A stretch of DNA of 64,000 nt from Clostridia bacterium (GTDB taxonomy: Bacteria > Bacillota > Clostridia > Christensenellales > QALW01). This document shows positions 48,518 to 56,619 of this stretch, one piece after another (position 1 is the first letter of the stretch; every line of letters begins with the position of its first letter). Below the pieces are notes generated by a model, which was given only the letters and a program-made list of their open reading frames with translations, did no database searches and had not been told where the DNA came from. The DNA lies in the NCBI GenBank assembly GCA_045594045.1, contig JAZNXV010000022.1:8663-72662 (forward strand), read 5' to 3'. The translations under genes and the position numbers were made by a program.

Positions 48518-49222
48518 CTATTTTAAATCTTCCAAATATTTAACCTCTTTGCTGGTTAAATTTCGCCATTCACCAGGTTTAAGATTACCTAAATTAAGTT
48601 CGCCGTGACGGATACGGGTAAGGTGCAGTACCTTTTTGCCTACTGCTTCAAACATTTTGCGTACCTGGCGGTTTCTGCCTTCGTGTATGGTTACGGAAAG
48701 TGACGTTGTATGCTCGGTAATCTCCGTAACGGTTACTTTGGCAGGAGCAGTTTTAATGCCGTCAATGACAACGCCCCCTTGGAGCTTTAATACCTCTTGC
48801 CTTGAAATCTCCCCTGCAATAACTGCCACGTATTCCTTTTCAATTTCAAATTTGGGATGCGTTAAATGATATGCCGCATCGCCGTCGTTAACAAGCAAAA
48901 TAAGACCTTGCGTATTATAGTCAAGCCTACCTACAGGATATAATCTTGTTTTTGCATCTACCAGTTCAACTACGGTGGTTCTGCCCTCAGGGTCGCTTGC
49001 GGTACTTACAACTCCCACGGGCTTATTGAGCATTATGTAAACCTTCTTGCTTGAAGGTTTAATTTTCTTGCCGTCAAAGGTAACTACGTCCTCTTCTTCA
49101 ACCTTTGTGCCTAAAACAGTTGTAACACTGCCGTTAACTGCCACTCTGCCTTCCAAAATCAACTGTTCGCAAGCTCGGCGTGAAGCTACACCGCAATCTG
49201 CCATGTATTTTTGTAATCTCAT
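48518..49222 (-). CDS. rluB: Pseudouridine synthase, RsuA/RluB family
   Basis: It has an S4 domain (RLQKYMADCGVASRR) and the catalytic GRLDYNTQGL motif. The start is at MRLQKY with a GGAGGA SD (ORF-track start 49276). Confidence 0.85.
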   Translation of the reverse strand: MRLQKYMADCGVASRRACEQLILEGRVAVNGSVTTVLGTKVEEEDVVTFDGKKIKPSSKKVYIMLNKPVGVVSTASDPEGRTTVVELVDAKTRLYPVGRLDYNTQGLILLVNDGDAAYHLTHPKFEIEKEYVAVIAGEISRQEVLKLQGGVVIDGIKTAPAKVTVTEITEHTTSLSVTIHEGRNRQVRKMFEAVGKKVLHLTRIRHGELNLGNLKPGEWRNLTSKEVKYLEDLK

Positions 49223-49224
49223 AT

Positions 49225-50292
49225 TTATCCTCCGAACAAAGCATTTTTTCTGCCTACGCTTTGTGCATAAACGCACTCTGTCTTTAAGATTTCCTTGCCG
49301 TTCAAATAAAATCCGACAAAGCCAGCAGTTTCGTTTTTTAAAATCGGAGCTTCCTTCGCTGTTACAAAATCGTTCTTTTGAAGCACCTTTTCGTCCTTTT
49401 TCAAGGGGTAATATATACTGCTACGATATATTATATCACACTTTTCGCTTTTTCCGTTAAAAATATTGCAAAAAGAAACAATTTTATTTTTTTCCGCAAG
49501 CTGTACCATTGAATACTCGCTGAACGCCTTTTCCAAAAGCGCCTTTGAATCGGCAAACCAATTGCCGTCGTTGAGCACTACGGAAATCAACTGCATTCCG
49601 CCGCGGGTTGCCGAAGCGCAAAGACATCTGCCTGCCGCCGAGGTATAGCCCGTTTTGATACCGTCGCCGCCTTGCATCTCCCCTAAAATTCTATTCTTGT
49701 TATGCAAATATCTCGTTGTGCCGTCAGCGCCTCTGATTTTAAAGTTCTGTGTTGACACAACCTCTTTAAACAAAGGCAGGTTTAACGCATAGGCACAAAT
49801 GCGTGCCAGTTCCAATGCCGTTGTATAATGATTTTTGCTCGCAAGTCCGCAGGGGTCGGAAAACCGCGTGTTCTCAAGGCCCATCAAAACTGCCTTTTTG
49901 TTCATTAAATCCACAAAAGCTTCCTTTGTTCCGCTTGTTAAATAGGCAAGTGCATATGCGGCATCATTCCCCGAAGCCAGCATAAGACCGTACAAAAGCT
50001 CTCTGCCGGTGAGTCTTTCTCCCTTTTTCAAATAGATTGACGAGCCGCTTATTCCCACAGCCTCATGGGGAATATCGTATTCCTCGTCCAAATCGAGATT
50101 TTCAATAACGATTATTGCCGTCATAACCTTTGTAGTGCTTGCCATGGTCATGCGTTTGTTTGCGTTAAACGCGTTAAGCACCCGCCCCGTTGACTGTTCA
50201 ATTACCGCGTAAGCGTTAGCCGAATATGCCAGTGCTTTTATGGGCAACAACGAAACCGTCAACAAAAGCAAGCATGCGAATATTTTTTTCAT
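49225..50292 (-). CDS. dacB: D-alanyl-D-alanine carboxypeptidase (serine type, DacB/PBP5*-like)
   Basis: It has a signal peptide, the SxxK motif ASTTKVMT, and SGN (ASGND). The dacB-rluB synteny resembles B. subtilis. Confidence 0.85.
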   Translation of the reverse strand: MKKIFACLLLLTVSLLPIKALAYSANAYAVIEQSTGRVLNAFNANKRMTMASTTKVMTAIIVIENLDLDEEYDIPHEAVGISGSSIYLKKGERLTGRELLYGLMLASGNDAAYALAYLTSGTKEAFVDLMNKKAVLMGLENTRFSDPCGLASKNHYTTALELARICAYALNLPLFKEVVSTQNFKIRGADGTTRYLHNKNRILGEMQGGDGIKTGYTSAAGRCLCASATRGGMQLISVVLNDGNWFADSKALLEKAFSEYSMVQLAEKNKIVSFCNIFNGKSEKCDIIYRSSIYYPLKKDEKVLQKNDFVTAKEAPILKNETAGFVGFYLNGKEILKTECVYAQSVGRKNALFGG

Positions 50293-50351
50293 ACTTCCTC
50301 CAAAAATAAAAATAGAATCAATTACTTGACTCTATTATTCGCAGTATTGCT

Positions 50352-50738
50352 TTATTCAAACGCGGTATCTTCTTCCTTTGAAGCGTTTTTTATTTGGTCT
50401 ATAACCTGTGGTACAAGGTCTATAAGCTTATCACAGCTGTTATTTTTTTGAATCGGTAAAAATCTTATGGTTTCTCCCGAAATAACTAAAAATCCGCTTG
50501 GCTTAACGGAAACACCTGCACCGCTTCCGCCTGCAAAGGGAAAGCCCTCCTGCTTGCTTTGCGGAAACTCATACTCCCCGCCCCCCGACGCGAACCCGAA
50601 GGAAACCTGGGATACGGGAATAATTGTTGCCCCGTTTGGTGCTATAACCGCATTGCCGATCACCTTGTCCACGTCTATCATTTTATTTAAGCTTTCCATA
50701 GTAGATGCAAGTATGTTTTCAATTGGATGCTTTTCCAT
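50352..50738 (-). CDS. ytfJ: Sporulation protein YtfJ/GerW family
   Basis: 128 aa with Gly-rich core motifs (SFGFASGGGEY, GGSGAGVSVKPSGFLVI) typical of the Spore_YtfJ family. Confidence 0.8.
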   Translation of the reverse strand: MEKHPIENILASTMESLNKMIDVDKVIGNAVIAPNGATIIPVSQVSFGFASGGGEYEFPQSKQEGFPFAGGSGAGVSVKPSGFLVISGETIRFLPIQKNNSCDKLIDLVPQVIDQIKNASKEEDTAFE

Positions 50739-51222
50739 TTTTTCGTCCCCTTAAAATTTCAAATAATGCAATAAAAGTATTTGCCAAATTTGTGTTTAAT
50801 ATACATTCGGCAAAAACCTCGAACTGTTTTCTGTCATAAACGGGATTCACGTTTATACTGTAATCCTTTTTTGCCAAATTAAGCACAAGAGGTGCCGCAA
50901 TTCCAAAGGCTTGTCCGCTGATTATAGCCGTAGAAGCCGCATCGCCAGTGCCTATTGCAGTATCAATTTTCAGCGTTTCGATTGTTACGTGTTCTCTGAC
51001 ACTATTGAAAATCCGTGCTCTATTATTTTTGCTTTTCTTGCGTGAAAGTGCTGATGACACGATGCTTTTTACAGCTATGCTTTTATTTAAAATTCTTATG
51101 GGAATTTTATTTAAAAGCATAAATTCTGCCTGTATAATCAAATCATCTCTTTCACCCTTTGCCGCAAGCCTGAAAGAAAAAGGTAACAGCAAAACAAAAA
51201 TAACAAGCAAAAAATAAAGCAC
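50719..51222 (-). CDS. DUF2953-like membrane protein (YtfI-like)
   Basis: 167 aa with an N-terminal TM helix. It overlaps and precedes ytfJ, as the B. subtilis ytfI-ytfJ pair does. Confidence 0.6.
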   Translation of the reverse strand: MLYFLLVIFVLLLPFSFRLAAKGERDDLIIQAEFMLLNKIPIRILNKSIAVKSIVSSALSRKKSKNNRARIFNSVREHVTIETLKIDTAIGTGDAASTAIISGQAFGIAAPLVLNLAKKDYSINVNPVYDRKQFEVFAECILNTNLANTFIALFEILRGRKNGKASN

Positions 51223-51296
51223 AGATTTTCACCTCAGTAAAATTCTGTGCCTTATTTTGCATTTTATACTTATTTTAACGTTTTTTTATTAAATTA

Positions 51297-52490
51297 TTAT
51301 AAATCGTTATCCATTAATCCGCCTATATTAACGGCATCTGCCCCGTATTTTCCGCGTATTTTTTCAATAGCCTCTTCTAATTTTTCCTGTTTTTCCCTTA
51401 ATTTCGCTCCATCGTCAAAAAAGGACATCTGTAAAGTATTACTGTCACCCGAAACAAGCTGAGCAGCACCTATGGTAATAGCGCGTATGGGCTTATCCTT
51501 TATATAAATCAAATGAAGCAGCTCCAGCGCAATGCTTGCAAGCTCTTGGGTCAGGTTAGTGGCATAATCAAGTTTTTTTTGCTTGCCCACACTTGTAAAA
51601 TCACTGTATCGCACATTTACGGAAATAACTGTTCCTTTAACGTGCGCCTTGCGCATACGCACAGACAGCTCCTCTGCAACCATCAAAATGCCCTTTTTTA
51701 TATCTTCCTCTGTTTTTAAATCGCGTTTAAAGGTCATTCCGTTGCTGACCGATTTTGGCACGTGCTTGGTATAGACCGATTCCACGGGCGAATCGTCAAT
51801 GCCGTTAGCGTAATTATGCAAGGTTTCTCCAAGCTTTCCCAGGTGCTTTACGATGCTTTGTTTATTTGCAACGGCTAAATCGCCAATTGTGTAAATATAC
51901 ATTTTCCTTAAGGTCTCAGTTGCGTGTCTGCCTGCATACAAAAGGCTTGATACAGGCATTTTCCATACGAGTGAAGAAAGCTGTTCTCGCATAATAACGG
52001 TGGTTGCATCGGGCTTTTTATAGTCACTGCCCAGTTTTGCAATAGATTTATTGAAGGAAACGCCTACCGAACAAGTGATATCAAGTTCCTTTTTAAAGCG
52101 TTCACGAATTTTATCGGCAATTTCCTTGCCGGTGCCAAAAAGCATTTTACTGCCTGTTACGTCAAGCCAAGATTCATCTATGCCGAATGGTTCTACCAAA
52201 TCGGTATATTCCTTATAAATAGCGTTACATTTTTTTGATATTTCATCGTACAAATCATAATGAGGTGCAACAAGCTTAAGCTCAGGGCATTTGCGCTGTG
52301 CTTGGTAAATAGTTTCTGCAGTTTTAACGTCAAATTTCTTTGCAAGCTCGTTTTTTGCCAGAATAATGCCGTGTCTGTTTTCGGGATTCCCACATACCGC
52401 CATAGGAACCTCCCGTAGTTTAGGGTCAAGAGTGCACTCACACGAAGCAAAAAACGAATTGCAGTCACAATGCAAAATTACTCTGTCCAT
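51297..52490 (-). CDS. dinB: DNA polymerase IV (Y-family)
   Basis: 397 aa. The N-terminal motif is ILHCDCNSFFASCE, followed by the palm/fingers/little-finger arrangement. Confidence 0.9.
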   Translation of the reverse strand: MDRVILHCDCNSFFASCECTLDPKLREVPMAVCGNPENRHGIILAKNELAKKFDVKTAETIYQAQRKCPELKLVAPHYDLYDEISKKCNAIYKEYTDLVEPFGIDESWLDVTGSKMLFGTGKEIADKIRERFKKELDITCSVGVSFNKSIAKLGSDYKKPDATTVIMREQLSSLVWKMPVSSLLYAGRHATETLRKMYIYTIGDLAVANKQSIVKHLGKLGETLHNYANGIDDSPVESVYTKHVPKSVSNGMTFKRDLKTEEDIKKGILMVAEELSVRMRKAHVKGTVISVNVRYSDFTSVGKQKKLDYATNLTQELASIALELLHLIYIKDKPIRAITIGAAQLVSGDSNTLQMSFFDDGAKLREKQEKLEEAIEKIRGKYGADAVNIGGLMDNDL

Positions 52491-52543
52491 AAAAACTTGT
52501 TACCTTGTGTTTAAAACCCGTCAAATCAACAATTTTTACAATT

Positions 52544-52750
52544 ATTGCGTTTATTAAACCGTTGTTTTTTTAAATTCTTGTATTTCATTGCGTTTATTGA
52601 ATCACTTTTTTAACAGCTTTTGTAATTCGTCACGCTTATTAAATCGTTTTTTAACAGTCCTTGCAATTCGTCACATTTATTAAGTCGTTTTTTAACAGCC
52701 TTTGCAATTCATCACGTTTATTTTTGCCGTTTTATTTTCTGTACGCCGTA
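52544..52750. repeat. Degenerate tandem repeat, 41-43-bp unit, about 4.5 copies
   Basis: The units start at 52544, 52587, 52630, 52671 and 52712. The consensus on the plus strand is TCACGYTTATTAARTCGTTTTTTAACAGNCTTTGCAATTCR. The inner copies are ~85% identical and the outer copies are decayed. Confidence 0.8.
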
Positions 52751-53229
52751 ATTATTTTACCAAAATAAAGCCTATGCATATCACCTGTTGTGTACCATTT
52801 ATCCATAACGGCTTTATCGGTTAAGTCTTTGTCAAGATCAACGTAGGATAATATTTTACACTCATAGTAGATATCGCAGTTATCAATTACAGGCGTTTCA
52901 ATTTCCTTGGCGGACTTCAAATTAAGCCCTGCTTTTGAAATTTTGTCGCCGTCCCTGCCCGAAGCACTTCCGCAAATCTTAAGTGCCTCATCAAGCTGAT
53001 TTTGCGTAGGCACGCTTACGGTAAATTCGTTTGTATTTTCAAGCATTTCGAAGGTGTATCTGCTGTACCTAACGGGAATAACAAAAATTTCTTCCCCCCA
53101 ATATTCACTAAGGGAGCCCCAACCGATAGTCATTGAATTCACTTTTTCGCCGTTTTTAACGGTTAAAAAAACACCTTTTACCGAAAGCTGCTCCAACGTT
53201 TCCTTTGCTAAATCGCCAAATTTATACAT
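52732..53229 (-). CDS. Flavin reductase-like (FMN-binding split-barrel) protein
   Basis: 165 aa with the Flavin_Reduct-like pattern (NSMTIGWGS...VIPVR). Confidence 0.65.
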   Translation of the reverse strand: MYKFGDLAKETLEQLSVKGVFLTVKNGEKVNSMTIGWGSLSEYWGEEIFVIPVRYSRYTFEMLENTNEFTVSVPTQNQLDEALKICGSASGRDGDKISKAGLNLKSAKEIETPVIDNCDIYYECKILSYVDLDKDLTDKAVMDKWYTTGDMHRLYFGKIITAYRK

Positions 53230-53305
53230 AGCTAATCACTCCTTGAATTATTACTTACGAATATATTATATAAAAAATTCTTTTGCCTTGCAAGAAAATT
53301 GTGGC

Positions 53306-53333
53306 ACTTTTTATATTTTTCAGACATATATTT
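53306..53333 (+). promoter_or_regulatory. Sigma-K-like promoter candidate upstream of the amidase
   Basis: AC, a 17-nt spacer, then CATAtatTt, compared with the B. subtilis SigK consensus AC-N17-CATANNNTA. Confidence 0.35.
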
Positions 53334-53363
53334 TTAATAGTATGTTTTTAAGGAGGATTTTTA

Positions 53364-54356
53364 ATGCCAGAAATATTTTTAAGTCCGTCACTTCAACCCT
53401 GGAATCCCTATATTAACGGCGGTAACGAAGCGCAGTTTATGGGATACGTTGCCGATGCCCTTGAGCCTTATTTAACTGTCAACAGTATAGGTTATACACG
53501 TTCAAGAATGCCTAACACTTTGGCAAACGCCATTGCCTCTTCAAATGCAGGCAATTATGATTTGCATCTTGCGCTACATTCAAATGCTTCTCCCGATGGC
53601 AGAGAAGGTCAGTTCAGAGGAATTCAGGCTTATTATTATCCCACAAGTCAAAAAGGCAAAGCCGCCGCCGAAGCTCTTGTAAGGGCATTAAAGGCTATAT
53701 ATCCCGACCCCGACCTTGTTTATACTGTTCCCTCGACCGCCATTACCGAGGTGCGCCGAACAAAAGCTCCTGCTGTTTTAATGGAAATAGGCTATCACGA
53801 CAATCTACAGGACGCCGATTGGATAAAGGCTAATATTCAAAACATTGCAGAAGCCCTTGCAAAAGGACTTACCGCTTATTTTAATCTTCCCTTTAGAGAC
53901 GTTTGCTCGCGCGTTGGCTCTCCTATCGCAAATGCAAGCAATACCGCTACAAATGTATATGTGAACGCTTGTACAAATGACTCGTCACCATTAAATATTC
54001 GCTCGTCTGCATCTATCAGCTCTCAAGTTTTGGGGCAAATTCCGCCAGGACAAAAAGCACTGCTTCTATCAGCTCAAAGCAACGGGTGGGCAAAGGTAAG
54101 ATATAATGCCATTGAAGGCTTTTCGTCTGCAAATTACCTGTGTAGCTGCCTAAATAATCAGGGCACTCTTTTAGGAAGAGTTAATACCGGCGGCGGAAAC
54201 TTAAATTTACGTGCCCAACCCACAGTAGCCTCCGCCATTATCGGAAGAATTCCTGACAAAGCCACGGTTACTATTTTGGAAACCCGTCAAAATTGGTATC
54301 GGGTTCGCTATATGGGTGCTACGGGATACGTTTTAAGTGATTTTGTACAAACGTGA
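53364..54356 (+). CDS. N-acetylmuramoyl-L-alanine amidase (Amidase_3) with two C-terminal SH3b domains
   Basis: 330 aa. The catalytic region carries LHLALHSNA and LMEIGYHDN. Two SH3_3-like repeats follow (GWAKVRYNAIEGFSSANYL; NWYRVRYMGATGYVLSDFV). There is no signal peptide. Confidence 0.8.
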   Translation: MPEIFLSPSLQPWNPYINGGNEAQFMGYVADALEPYLTVNSIGYTRSRMPNTLANAIASSNAGNYDLHLALHSNASPDGREGQFRGIQAYYYPTSQKGKAAAEALVRALKAIYPDPDLVYTVPSTAITEVRRTKAPAVLMEIGYHDNLQDADWIKANIQNIAEALAKGLTAYFNLPFRDVCSRVGSPIANASNTATNVYVNACTNDSSPLNIRSSASISSQVLGQIPPGQKALLLSAQSNGWAKVRYNAIEGFSSANYLCSCLNNQGTLLGRVNTGGGNLNLRAQPTVASAIIGRIPDKATVTILETRQNWYRVRYMGATGYVLSDFVQT

Positions 54357-54389
54357 TAAGCCGTTAAGTTTTCTTATTGAAGTTAATTC

Positions 54390-54417
54390 ACATTAAAACC
54401 GTAAAAAGCATAGTATG
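54390..54417 (+). promoter_or_regulatory. Sigma-K-like promoter candidate upstream of the Cys-rich protein
   Basis: AC, a 17-nt spacer, then CATAgtaTg, ~40 nt upstream of the SD AAGGAGG. Confidence 0.35.
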
Positions 54418-54459
54418 TAACTGTACAAGAGATATAAATATTAAAGAAGGAGGATTTAT

Positions 54460-55128
54460 ATGTCATTTTATTCATACAGAAATAACGAAACAGAAGTTTG
54501 CCCCGGCAGAATAAACGGTGACTGCACAAATGGCTTAACCGAGCGTGTTTGTATTCAGGTAAAAAAGATATACGATTCCTGTATGCAGCAGGAACAATTA
54601 GAAAACGTAAACGTGCGTTTAACAGACATTTGTCCCGGAAATACGAAGTTTGAAGCGCCCGTAACGTTTATAAGCTGCAGAAGTACTACCACCAAAGGAA
54701 GAATACGCGACCTTTGCATTGACAGAATTTGCGATAGACCGAATTTTGCACGGGTTCGCTGCAAAATTGATATTCCCGTCGAAATACTTTTTGAAGATAA
54801 TTCCGGCAGAGAAGGCAGCGGCAGAGGTATAATAACCGTATGCAAGGACGTTGTTCTCTTCGTTCCCGACGAATCCATCATTCCCTTTGAAATTGATAAT
54901 ATCGCAAGTGCCATTTGCGTAATGGGCTGTTACTTAGGCGAAAACACCTTCTCTTTAACCGCCTGCGTTACCGTAATTTTAAAGGTGGTTGCAGATGTTG
55001 AATTACTTATTCCTACTTATGGGTTCTGCCGCATTCCCCCTTGTGAAGAATTTGCAAGCGAGGTTTGTGACGAATTCTTTAATCTGCCCTTATTCCCACC
55101 TGCAATAAACGATATGTGCTGTAATTAA
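54460..55128 (+). CDS. Hypothetical cysteine-rich protein (18 Cys in 222 aa)
   Basis: It has a strong SD (GAAGGAGG) and no signal peptide or TM segment. Cysteines are spread throughout and the protein ends in CCN. I recognise no family. Confidence 0.6.
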   Translation: MSFYSYRNNETEVCPGRINGDCTNGLTERVCIQVKKIYDSCMQQEQLENVNVRLTDICPGNTKFEAPVTFISCRSTTTKGRIRDLCIDRICDRPNFARVRCKIDIPVEILFEDNSGREGSGRGIITVCKDVVLFVPDESIIPFEIDNIASAICVMGCYLGENTFSLTACVTVILKVVADVELLIPTYGFCRIPPCEEFASEVCDEFFNLPLFPPAINDMCCN

Positions 55129-55250
55129 GCCTTTTTTCCTGCAAGTTTTTCTTGCAGGATTTTTTATATATTTGCTTTATCGGGTTAAACTATTTCAAAA
55201 CATCTCCTTACATAAAAATAAATAATTGCTTAATAAAGACCTTAGCTATA

Positions 55251-55279
55251 TTGACAATAAAAATTTTTAAAGGTAAAAT
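55251..55279 (+). promoter_or_regulatory. Sigma-A-type promoter of yitT-like gene
   Basis: TTGACA, a 17-nt spacer, then TAAAAT. Confidence 0.5.
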
Positions 55280-55301
55280 ATTAAATGTAAGGAGGCTTGG
55301 T

Positions 55302-56189
55302 ATGAAAAACAAAGCATTAAAAATATTTATCGAATACTCTCTTATAGCCTTGGGCACTTTTTTGCTCGCCCTTGGTATAAATCAGTTTGCAATCCCGTTT
55401 AAAATTTCATCAGGCGGCGTTAGCACCATCGGCACGGTTTTATTATACTTGTTCCACATTCCCTTATCCGTAACGAACATCGTTTTTAACGCCATTCTGT
55501 TTTTGCTCGGCTTCAGGCTTTTAGGCAAGGAATCTGTAATTAAAACTGTTGCGGGTATTATTTTTCTTTCTGTTTTTTATGAGCTTACAGCTTTTTTTCC
55601 CGCCTATACCGAGGATATTTTCATTGCTTCCGTTGTAGGCGGCGTGCTCATAGGTTTAGGCGTAGGGCTTGTTATTCGCCAAGAGGCTTCCACCGGCGGA
55701 AGCGATTTTGCCGCACTTATGCTTTCACGCTTTTTCCCACACGTTTCCGTTTCGGTGCTGATTATGATTATCGACCTCGCCATAGTGTTTTTATCCGGCA
55801 TCGTTTTCGGAAGCTTAACTATCACCTTTTATTCGGCTATAGTTTTATTTATTGCCACCAAGGTTTCAGATGCCATTTTAGTTTTGGGTGACTCGGCAAA
55901 ATCAGCCTATATTTTTTCTGCCAAAAATCAAGAAATTGCCGATGCAATTATGAAGAAATTTAACCGAGGCGTAACGGGTCTTTACAGCAAGGGTATGTAT
56001 TCGGGCAACGACAACACTATGCTTTTATGCGTAGTAAGCCCCAAAGAGCTTCCCTTTTTAGCCCACCTGGTGCGCGGCATTGATAAAAATGCCTTCATTA
56101 TTATAAGTGACGTAAAGGAAGTTTTGGGCGAAGGCTTTAAGGAAGTAACTGCTTACGATAAATTAAACGCAAGCAACAAAAATACTTGA
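55302..56189 (+). CDS. YitT-family membrane protein (DUF2179 C-terminal domain)
   Basis: The start is at MKNKALKIF with an AAGGAGG SD (ORF-track start 55152). It has ~5 TM helices with the GGVST/GGSD motifs and a soluble C-terminal DUF2179-like domain. Confidence 0.8.
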   Translation: MKNKALKIFIEYSLIALGTFLLALGINQFAIPFKISSGGVSTIGTVLLYLFHIPLSVTNIVFNAILFLLGFRLLGKESVIKTVAGIIFLSVFYELTAFFPAYTEDIFIASVVGGVLIGLGVGLVIRQEASTGGSDFAALMLSRFFPHVSVSVLIMIIDLAIVFLSGIVFGSLTITFYSAIVLFIATKVSDAILVLGDSAKSAYIFSAKNQEIADAIMKKFNRGVTGLYSKGMYSGNDNTMLLCVVSPKELPFLAHLVRGIDKNAFIIISDVKEVLGEGFKEVTAYDKLNASNKNT

Positions 56190-56214
56190 CACGCAAAAAA
56201 AGCTATGTTATCAT
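56186..56214 (+). promoter_or_regulatory. Sigma-A-type promoter of the T-box leader
   Basis: TTGACA, a 17-nt spacer, then TATCAT with an extended -10 TG. It overlaps the yitT stop codon. Confidence 0.55.
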
Positions 56215-56221
56215 ACTAAAA

Positions 56222-56486
56222 AATAAACCTATGATTAAGGATAGTAGCCTTTAAAGACGCTTACAGAGAGTTGCCGTTGGTGGAAGTGCAGCAGTTTATT
56301 TTTAGGTGAATGGGCTTATGAGGGCAGTCGAAAGCTTTTTGCAAGTAGTAGCTGACGGGGCGCAACCGTTACATTGCGGTTCATATTAAAGTATGAAGTA
56401 AGCGGGTGCTTTTGCATCAATTTGGGTGGTACCGCAGGAAAGTTCAAGTCCTGTCCCATTGGTTATGGGATAGGGCTTTTTATTTT
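56222..56486 (+). promoter_or_regulatory. T-box riboswitch leader, probable Trp (UGG) specifier, with terminator
   Basis: Stem I elements are GAUAGUAG, the AGAGAG bulge (56265-56270), and the specifier-loop context GUGAA-UGG-G (UGG at 56311-56313). The T-box sequence is AAUUUGGGUGGUACCGCAG (56419-56437). The terminator is a 13-bp hairpin at 56447-56477 followed by UUUUUAUUUU. Confidence 0.85.
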
Positions 56487-56619
56487 AAGAAGGCTAAGGT
56501 GTTTTTATGTTGTTAACAAAGCGATGGCAAATATGCCTGTAAAATCTAATTAACTATTTCAATTTTAAAATATTTTAATTGTGCAGTTTTTAAACAAAAA
56601 AGCTGTTTTGGAGGAAAAA

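Noticed and set aside
52491-52560. LexA (Cheo) box expected upstream of dinB.
   Set aside because: By eye there is no GAAC-N4-GTTC-like motif between the repeat array and the dinB start. I make no SOS-box call.
52544-52750. Possible CRISPR array, given regularly spaced repeats in an intergenic region.
   Set aside because: The whole 41-43-bp unit repeats head-to-tail with no unique spacers. The copies are degenerate rather than near-identical, and no cas genes or leader are present. I call it a tandem repeat instead.
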